The notes under the pieces are model-generated. The model made no database searches and was not told the origin of the DNA. It saw nothing but the letters and a program-made list of their open reading frames with translations. A DNA stretch of 39,568 bases from a virus, in the IMG/VR virus record IMGVR_UViG_3300045988_155041. One strand, written 5' to 3'. Positions 34,127 through 39,568 of this stretch are shown piece after piece; position 1 is the first letter of the stretch, and the number at the start of each line of letters is the position of its first letter. The position numbers and the translations under genes were made by a program.

Positions 34127-35536
34127 TTATAAAAATAGAATAGATGAGATCATGTTAGAATGGTCATTACAGAGGGTCACTGATTTAATTATTCCTCGCC
34201 AGAAAAACTGCTTGTGTTCATCATCGAGGAGTTTGTAATAATCAATAAATTCACCGGTTTTTAAAAGATCAGCCGTTTTTTTGTCAATTCTACTTGGGGA
34301 CAGGCGAAGACTTTCCATGCGTTTCTTCAAAGAAAAAGAAGTAGCTTCGTATTCATCTTCTTGGATGTTGCCCATTAAAAAAATCTTGTTTAAGCGATCA
34401 AGTTGTCCTTGGATTTTTTTCAGCTCCTCAGCGCTATCCCTGTTCTTTTTCATATTTTTTTGGCAAGCAGTTTCAAAATCGGCAAAAGCTGAACCTACAC
34501 CTTTTAGCAACGCAGCTTCTATTTTTCGTTCGCTAAAAGATGTACTAAATGAACATAGATGTGATACTTTCGCATTTTGGCAACGATAACGCTTGTAATA
34601 TTTCTTTTTTCTATTTGAATCTGTATATACAGACATACAGGACGTCAGGCGATTACCGCAAACAGGGCATGTTAAAAGTCCTGAGAAAATATATATTCGC
34701 TGGCTCCTTGGCCGGCGAGCATTATTTCCGAGAAGATTCTTGAGCTTTTCCGCCTCGTCTAAGGAAAGAAGGGGAGGGCGGTATCCGCCGATACCTTCAC
34801 TATACCCAAGATAAGTATCAATATTGTTAAGAACCTTACTATACCAGCTGTAGTTGCTGTTCATGTGATATTTTTGATTACAATAGTCAGCAGTTTTTCC
34901 AACGGAACCGGAGAGGAAAAAATAAGAAATCATATCGCGGTAGATTTTGCCTTTAATTTCATGAATTACAGGCCGCTTGGATCCGTCAACAATACCGACA
35001 GTATACCCAAAGGGCTGATTGCCGGACATTACTTTGCCTATTCTTCTTTTATATCTATTTACGTCCAATATACGGTTCCTTGTGTTTTCAGCCTCGTTCT
35101 CGGCTGTGGAAATTTTTATATTAACCATAAACCGCCCGTTGCTGGTGGCAGTTTCATATTCTTCTAAAATTGCTTTCCAGTGGACATTATGATCTTCTAA
35201 TATTTTTTGCATCTCATGGTATTCGCCCACGCGTCTAAACCAACGGTCGAGGCGTATAAAAATGATAAGATCGACCTTTTCAGGGATCACGAAGTCATTT
35301 ATCAGGCGCATAAATTCAGGACGTTTTTTGCATGGCTTGAAAGCAGATTTACCTTCATCTTTAAAAATGTCTACGATTTCAATGCCTTCATAATCTTTAT
35401 ATGCTCTGTCATTTTTAAAATTTTTACACCAATCATAAAGAGCGGCTTCTTGAGCCTCAAGCGAATAGCCATGCATAACTTGTTCCTGAGTGGAAACACG
35501 TATATATAACGCTACTCTTAAGATTTTCTCAAGCAT
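34127..35536 (-). CDS. int: Large serine recombinase (integrase)
   Basis: N-terminal resolvase motif VALYIRVSTQEQ, a recombinase domain, and the zinc ribbon CPVCGNRL...YRCQN. 469 aa. Confidence 0.9.
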   Translation of the reverse strand: MLEKILRVALYIRVSTQEQVMHGYSLEAQEAALYDWCKNFKNDRAYKDYEGIEIVDIFKDEGKSAFKPCKKRPEFMRLINDFVIPEKVDLIIFIRLDRWFRRVGEYHEMQKILEDHNVHWKAILEEYETATSNGRFMVNIKISTAENEAENTRNRILDVNRYKRRIGKVMSGNQPFGYTVGIVDGSKRPVIHEIKGKIYRDMISYFFLSGSVGKTADYCNQKYHMNSNYSWYSKVLNNIDTYLGYSEGIGGYRPPLLSLDEAEKLKNLLGNNARRPRSQRIYIFSGLLTCPVCGNRLTSCMSVYTDSNRKKKYYKRYRCQNAKVSHLCSFSTSFSERKIEAALLKGVGSAFADFETACQKNMKKNRDSAEELKKIQGQLDRLNKIFLMGNIQEDEYEATSFSLKKRMESLRLSPSRIDKKTADLLKTGEFIDYYKLLDDEHKQFFWRGIIKSVTLCNDHSNMISSILFL

Positions 35537-35576
35537 ATAAATATCTCCTTTTTATAAAACAAACGTCGTTATAAGG

Positions 35577-35605
35577 ATTATATTATTATACGTTCGCGAT
35601 GTCAA
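35577..35605 (-). promoter_or_regulatory. Integrase promoter, perfect consensus TTGACA-17-TATAAT
   Basis: The minus strand reads ttgaca tcgcgaacgtataataa tataat. It lies about 40 nt upstream of the int ATG. Confidence 0.7.
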
Positions 35606-35670
35606 AATGTATTTAGCAATAATAAGATCATAGATATTAAATTTTGGAAGAAAAAAATTATGCAAGCAAG

Positions 35671-35699
35671 TTTACTTTTTCTGTTTATTAGGGTATAAT
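35671..35699 (+). promoter_or_regulatory. Promoter of the toxin-antitoxin operon (TTTACT-17-TATAAT)
   Basis: Read directly. Divergent from the integrase promoter. Confidence 0.6.
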
Positions 35700-35750
35700 A
35701 TAAGAAATATCAAGTTTTCTTTATTTTTAAAGAATAGAAAGGGTGATTTT

Positions 35751-36008
35751 ATGAATTTGGCGAAAATTTCCGCAAATGGGCAGATTACAGTTCCTATAGA
35801 AATACGAAAATTGCTTGGTTTAAAGTCAGGGGATAAAGTTCTATTTTTCCAAAAACAAGACGGAGAAATTGTAGTGAGAAATGCTTCAGCTAAAGCAATC
35901 CGCAAGGCTCAGGCCGCTTTCAACGGAGCTGCTGAAGAAATGGGTGTATATACCGAAGATGACATTCAGGCTCTCGTAGATGAAATCCGATACGGAAAGG
36001 AAAAATAA
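35751..36008 (+). CDS. AbrB/SpoVT (MazE-like) antitoxin
   Basis: MNLAKISANGQITVPIEIRKLLGLKSGDKVLFF is a swapped-hairpin AbrB domain. Confidence 0.85.
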   Translation: MNLAKISANGQITVPIEIRKLLGLKSGDKVLFFQKQDGEIVVRNASAKAIRKAQAAFNGAAEEMGVYTEDDIQALVDEIRYGKEK

Positions 36009-36009
36009 T

Positions 36010-36408
36010 ATGAGAATATTGATTGATACAAATGTTCTTTTTTCTGCGTTACTGCTACCACGGTCTAAACCAGCAAAAGCGCTTTTGTACGTTGCGGACA
36101 ATCACGAGATCGTCTTATGTGATCGAAACATTATGGAGCTTAGGGAGATATTGAATAAGAAGTCGCCTAAGCTCCTTCCTGACGCAGAAGTACTATTGAC
36201 AGAAATGTCGTATGAATTGATACCGGCGGTGGATCATGCTGAAAAACTTATTCGCGACGCAAAAGACCAACCGATATTAAACGCGGCTATCGTATCTGAT
36301 GTGGATATTATTCTTACAGGTGATAAAGATTTTTTAAGTCTCGGGCTTGAACGCCCTAAATGTATGACAGTTGCACAGTTTTTTGAGAGTGAAGGTGTGG
36401 AAGAATAA
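36010..36408 (+). CDS. PIN-domain toxin (VapC-like)
   Basis: Start refined to MRILIDTNVLFSALL. Acidic PIN residues are present, including ILTGDKDF. Confidence 0.85.
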   Translation: MRILIDTNVLFSALLLPRSKPAKALLYVADNHEIVLCDRNIMELREILNKKSPKLLPDAEVLLTEMSYELIPAVDHAEKLIRDAKDQPILNAAIVSDVDIILTGDKDFLSLGLERPKCMTVAQFFESEGVEE

Positions 36409-36459
36409 GCTTCTGATTTATTTTGGAAGTTAATCATATTAAATGAAAAGGGTGATTTT

Positions 36460-36606
36460 ATGAATTTATTGAAAACTTGTGCAGAAGTAAAACCCAGTGA
36501 GCCTAATGAAGCTACCTACGGGGCTATGGAGGAGGCGGAAAAGGAAGGAGATATATACGGCCCATTTGACAGGGTGGTGGAAATGATGGAGGCTCTCGAT
36601 GCTTAA
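36460..36606 (+). pseudogene. Remnant of a RelB/DinJ-family antitoxin (C-terminal half only)
   Basis: PNEATYGAMEEAEKEGDIYGPFDRVVEMMEALDA lacks the N-terminal DNA-binding domain. Its first 3 codons and RBS duplicate those of the AbrB gene. Confidence 0.45.
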
Positions 36607-36655
36607 GCCAGAATTTGCAAGATAGTTCAAACGGGATTATGAAGCAGAAAATTAA
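36599..36655 (+). pseudogene. Remnant of a YafQ/RelE-family toxin (MLKPEFAR-stop-FKRDYEAEN-stop)
   Basis: ATG overlaps the antitoxin-remnant stop, as in intact TA pairs. In-frame TAG at 36623..36625 and truncation after 18 codons. Confidence 0.45.
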
Positions 36656-36672
36656 AACCGAAACAAGAACAA

Positions 36673-36703
36673 AAGACGGAGGTATAAATAAATCCTCCGT
36701 CTT
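36673..36703 (-). terminator. Intrinsic terminator of the minus-strand membrane-protein genes
   Basis: 10-bp stem aagacggagg / cctccgtctt. On the minus strand it is followed by ttttgttcttgtttcggtttt. Confidence 0.65.
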
Positions 36704-36720
36704 AGTTACTTATAGATGAT

Positions 36721-37314
36721 TTAAAAACAAACGCTACAAGCTGAATAACCGTCCCATTCAGCTTCCGTTGCGGAATCATAATAATATAAATTAGCTTTAT
36801 TCCTTACGTATTGGCACCAAGACTTATGGTATTTAGAACCACTCGCTGTTACATAAACGGCGGAGGAAGGAACGTCATAGTCATATGAATAGGAATCATC
36901 ATAAGCACTGCTTGAACTGTAACGAGATTCCATCGAACCAATATCAACTCCCTGTCTATATCCAGTATCATATCCCCGCTTATATCCCGTGTCTACACCT
37001 TCATTATATCCGTCATCATAAGCGGCCTCAATATCGTCTATCGTATAACTTTTGTAGTGTGTATAAGTTAATTGCATAAGCAGAATAATTATAATAATTA
37101 TCGCAAATATAAGAGGCAGGTTTGTTGGTTTTTTTGATGTTTTGTTACTCACAGAATGATTCCCTTCAGGAGTTGCATTTGGATTATTAGAAGTTGGATC
37201 TGAAGCAGTCTCGGCGGATTTCATAATATCATCAGGGTTAAGTCCCGCTTTTATAAATTTTTTGCGTTCAAATTCTTCCCAAGTCTCTCCGGTATAAATA
37301 TACTTTTCCTTCAT
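36721..37314 (-). CDS. Single-pass membrane protein with a conserved N-terminal cytoplasmic motif and a C-terminal Cys/His domain
   Basis: MKEKYIYTGETWEEFERKKFIKAGLNPDD, TM helix LPLIFAIIIIIILLMQL, GY-rich repeats, and C-terminal SKYHKSWCQY...YSACSVCF. Confidence 0.6.
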   Translation of the reverse strand: MKEKYIYTGETWEEFERKKFIKAGLNPDDIMKSAETASDPTSNNPNATPEGNHSVSNKTSKKPTNLPLIFAIIIIIILLMQLTYTHYKSYTIDDIEAAYDDGYNEGVDTGYKRGYDTGYRQGVDIGSMESRYSSSSAYDDSYSYDYDVPSSAVYVTASGSKYHKSWCQYVRNKANLYYYDSATEAEWDGYSACSVCF

Positions 37315-37362
37315 AATAAACCTCAATAAATACTGCATATGAAATAATTATAGTATATATTT

Positions 37363-38307
37363 TTATTCTTCAGCTTTCTTGTTTTCTTTTCGGATCTGGA
37401 TAATTGAATAAATAATGTAGCATACGCATAAGATACAAATAAATATCGCTCCGGATAAATAATATTCATCGAGGGAAGTGGAGTCTAAAGGGTTATCATT
37501 ATATCCATTAGTTACACTTTTAAGCAAACTTTCGTAACGGTCTTCGGAGTGCGACAAAGACCAATTAAGAATTTCACCGCGTGATTCTACGTAGCCGTGA
37601 ACATATCCCTTTATATATGTACTTCTAACAAAAAGAACTGATAAAAGAGAAAATATAATTAAAAAAACAGCACAGCTAATGCGTAATGCAAATTTATTTA
37701 TCGCTATTGCTGGCAAAGTAATTACGATTTGTTTTCCCTTTTTATCAGGCTTCTTTTCGGAATTTACATGTGGGTTATGAGAGTTTGGCTCTGAAGCAGT
37801 CTCGGCGGCATTACATTTATATGTAGGGCTTTCTTCATTCGAAGACTCGGAAGAACAGCTAATTGTGTTCTCGGCTTCTGTATTATTAACTCGGTCCACG
37901 GATCCATCTTCGTTGTTGGGCGCAGATGAGCTTTCGTTACCTTCATTTATTTTATGAATATTAGAATATTTGGGATATTTTTTATTTATTTTTGAAAGCA
38001 TAAATCTTAGCAAAAGATATATCCAGAGTACGCCAAGTGTAAGCACCCATTCTAACCTTAAAAGGAGGCCTATAGATATTATGCATAAATTTATAACGCA
38101 AACAATTAAACCAGAAGAAATAAAAGCTCCGATATAGAGAAGGGTGCGTTTTAACACATAGATGTTTTTTCTTTTTTTCTCTTCAGGAGTAAGAGGTACA
38201 ACGTTTATTTTCTTATATACTTCGTCAGGATCAAGCCCAGCTTCTATAAACTTTTGCCGTTCAAAGTCTTCCCAAGTTTCTCCTGTATAAAATTCTTTTT
38301 CTTTCAT
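37363..38307 (-). CDS. Multi-pass membrane protein, N-terminal paralogue of 36721..37314
   Basis: MKEKEFYTGETWEDFERQKFIEAGLDPDE, at least four hydrophobic helices, and a Ser/Asn/Glu-rich linker. Confidence 0.6.
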   Translation of the reverse strand: MKEKEFYTGETWEDFERQKFIEAGLDPDEVYKKINVVPLTPEEKKRKNIYVLKRTLLYIGAFISSGLIVCVINLCIISIGLLLRLEWVLTLGVLWIYLLLRFMLSKINKKYPKYSNIHKINEGNESSSAPNNEDGSVDRVNNTEAENTISCSSESSNEESPTYKCNAAETASEPNSHNPHVNSEKKPDKKGKQIVITLPAIAINKFALRISCAVFLIIFSLLSVLFVRSTYIKGYVHGYVESRGEILNWSLSHSEDRYESLLKSVTNGYNDNPLDSTSLDEYYLSGAIFICILCVCYIIYSIIQIRKENKKAEE

Positions 38308-38342
38308 AACAAATCTCTATCTAAACGCTAAACTGTTACATA

Positions 38343-38377
38343 CCGTAACTTATGGATAAACCTACCATAAGTTACCG
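38343..38377. promoter_or_regulatory. 13-bp inverted repeat (1 mismatch, 9-nt spacer) just upstream of the membrane-protein gene start
   Basis: ccgtaacttatgg ataaaccta ccataagttaccg. It overlaps a candidate minus-strand promoter, TTGATT-17-TATGGT. Confidence 0.4.
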
Positions 38378-38570
38378 CTATTTACCAATCAATAATTTTG
38401 TTAAAATTCACACAAGGACGCCCCTTAAACTCAGAAGGGAAGTCATAAAAGTGTGTTACAGACATTACAGGTATATTGAAGATAATAACATTTACGCAGT
38501 CTACATAGTAAAGTTAAAAATTTTAGTTATTACCACGAACCCAGAAGGCCAAGGCGGCCTCATACATTTG

Positions 38571-38999
38571 CTATTTTAATTTTGCGACAGGGGCGTCCAA
38601 AAACTCAGCCGCAATTTTCTCAGCAGCTTTACGCCCAGGCACCAACTCTTCTTCGTAATCAATTCCCAAACAGCGCCTAACCATACCCTTAGTTATTTCA
38701 TCAGCGTTGCGATAAGAAATAATTATCCGCTCCTCGTCTGGCGAAAAAACAAATGGTTCTGAAGCAGATTCTACACCTGTCCTGACCGACTCATCACCAT
38801 TTAGTGGCCCTCCAGTTATTAAGTAGTCTATGGTTACATGAAAGTAATTAGCAACCTTTTGGAGCTTTTCTAAGTTAGGAGAAGTACCGTTTCTCCATTT
38901 CCCAATAAGACCACGTCCCAACCCCAGCTCGCCTTCGAGGGCAGTTATTGAAATATCTTTATCCTCACACAATCGAAAAATGGTTTCGTAAAGCTTCAT
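38571..38999 (-). CDS. cI-like repressor (XRE-family HTH)
   Basis: ISITALEGELGLGRGLIGKWRNGTSPNLEKLQKVANYFHVTIDYL. Divergent from the cro-like gene. Confidence 0.8.
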   Translation of the reverse strand: MKLYETIFRLCEDKDISITALEGELGLGRGLIGKWRNGTSPNLEKLQKVANYFHVTIDYLITGGPLNGDESVRTGVESASEPFVFSPDEERIIISYRNADEITKGMVRRCLGIDYEEELVPGRKAAEKIAAEFLDAPVAKLK

Positions 39000-39043
39000 A
39001 ATTTCTCACCTAAAATTAAGTAGAAAAAAATCTACAAAAACTA

Positions 39044-39072
39044 TTGACAAAGTAGAAAGTTTTAGGTATATT
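39044..39072 (+). promoter_or_regulatory. Rightward early promoter (TTGACA-17-TATATT)
   Basis: Read directly. The second operator fills the spacer. Confidence 0.7.
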
Positions 39073-39104
39073 GTAGCTAAGATAGAAAACTTTCTACAAA
39101 ACTA

Positions 39105-39133
39105 ATTAACATAATTGATTAAAAAAATGTCAA
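39105..39133 (-). promoter_or_regulatory. Candidate leftward repressor promoter (TTGACA-17-GTTAAT)
   Basis: Read from the minus strand. The -10 is weak. Confidence 0.4.
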
Positions 39134-39207
39134 ACACATTATAGATTATTTTCTATAAATAGTCAACGTGGTTGAAGGAAAAAACGAAAAGAGAGGGGGG
39201 AACGAAC

Positions 39208-39405
39208 ATGATTTATAGCAATGTTAAAAAAATTTGTGATGAAAGAAAAATTAGTATCGCAAGTCTTGAACGAGCGATAGGCCTTGGGAATGGAACGATT
39301 AGTGGTTGGAGAAATTCAAGCCCAAGGGTAGATATTTTAAAAAAGGTCACAGACTATTTCGAGGTATCGCTGGAATACTTTTTAGATGATGAGGGAGAGG
39401 AATAA
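39208..39405 (+). CDS. Cro-like XRE-family HTH regulator
   Basis: ATG behind agagaggggggaacgaac, preferred over the TTG at 39172. ISIASLERAIGLGNGTISGWRNSSPRVDILKKVTDYFEVSLEYF. Confidence 0.8.
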   Translation: MIYSNVKKICDERKISIASLERAIGLGNGTISGWRNSSPRVDILKKVTDYFEVSLEYFLDDEGEE

Positions 39406-39449
39406 AATGACATCATACCCTTTGAGAACAAACAGAAAGGAGAGCTTGA

Positions 39450-39568
39450 AAAATGAAAGAAGCAATACTACCAACCTTATTTATAACATTGGCAATTTCA
39501 GCAATAGTGTCTGGTGTAATACTTATCGTTATGATAATAAGAGATGAAGTAGAAAGACGAAAAAAAAC
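39450..39568. repeat. Direct terminal repeat, copy 2 (identical to 1..119)
   Basis: Exact match. It contains the start of the ORF annotated at 4..402. Confidence 0.95.

Larger units (their letters stand above)
39021..39155. promoter_or_regulatory. Operator set: four TAGA-N6-TCTA sites (the second is degenerate)
   Basis: Sites at 39021..39034 (tagaaaaaaatcta), 39053..39066 (tagaaagttttagg), 39083..39096 (tagaaaactttcta) and 39142..39155 (tagattattttcta). Confidence 0.6.
1..39449. mobile_element. Complete temperate tailed-phage genome (one unit of a circularly closed or terminally redundant contig)
   Basis: Exact 119-nt overlap between the window ends. A full set of packaging, head, tail, lysis, integrase and cI/Cro modules is present. 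Confidence 0.85.

Noticed and set aside
38352-38579. 75-aa + strand ORF between the repressor and membrane-protein genes
   Set aside because: It has no RBS and runs against the local transcription direction. The region is better explained as the promoter/operator and 5' UTR of the minus-strand genes.
1-39568. Alternative genetic code (stop-codon reassignment), prompted by the in-frame TAA at 4327 and the TAG at 36623
   Set aside because: TAA, TAG and TGA each terminate several well-supported genes at sensible positions: terL at TAA, portal at TGA, Rep at TAG. The giant ORF is open under the standard code. The two cases are local lesions.
1-39568. tRNA genes, CRISPR arrays, or a diversity-generating retroelement for the fibre genes
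   Set aside because: I saw no T-loop or cloverleaf candidates, no regularly spaced short repeats and no reverse-transcriptase ORF. The only tandem and dispersed repeats are those reported.

Overview
The window is one complete temperate tailed-phage genome. Bases 1..119 repeat exactly at 39450..39568, so the unit is 39,449 bp and the contig is circular or terminally redundant. Almost all genes are on the + strand. The layout is as follows.

- **Early/replication region (4..7820):** many small ORFs, an SLT lytic transglycosylase, a SprT-like zincin whose zinc ribbon is split by an in-frame TAA, and an HUH rolling-circle Rep.
- **Packaging and head (7903..14311):** TerS, TerL, portal, a Prp-like cysteine protease, scaffold and major capsid protein. 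Scaffold and capsid both carry L27-like N-terminal Prp cleavage motifs.
- **Tail/fibre block (14359..20597):** short, with no recognisable tail tube or tape measure, so probably podovirus-like.
- **Non-coding island (20598..21018):** about 400 bp, with a promoter, long-range pairing and a terminator.
- **Virion-associated proteins (21019..32430):** a peptidoglycan-binding protein, then a 3,393-aa polyvalent protein. The latter has a zincin peptidase, an ART-type domain and a triplicated ~210-aa module.
- **Lysis (32514..33953):** Dp-1-type holin, a small membrane protein and an amidase endolysin.
- **Lysogeny/accessory module (33954..39405), more AT-rich by eye:**
  - attP candidates and a large serine integrase.
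  - An AbrB-PIN toxin-antitoxin pair and a decayed RelB/YafQ-like remnant.
  - Two paralogous membrane proteins.
  - A cI/Cro switch with TAGA-N6-TCTA operators.

The Prp system, Dp-1 holin, Amidase_2 endolysin and serine integrase point to a Bacillota (Clostridia-like) host.

The most unusual signals are:
1. the modular architecture of the giant protein;
2. a 25-nt motif present four times, each at the 5' edge of a late gene block;
3. two G9 tracts in identical context at fibre-gene junctions, one of which would fuse two fibre ORFs after a 1-nt shift;
4. the candidate structured RNA locus;
5. the paired membrane-protein genes in the lysogeny module.

I saw no tRNA, rRNA, CRISPR array or reverse transcriptase. 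All homology statements come from motif recognition by eye and need HMM or structure searches.
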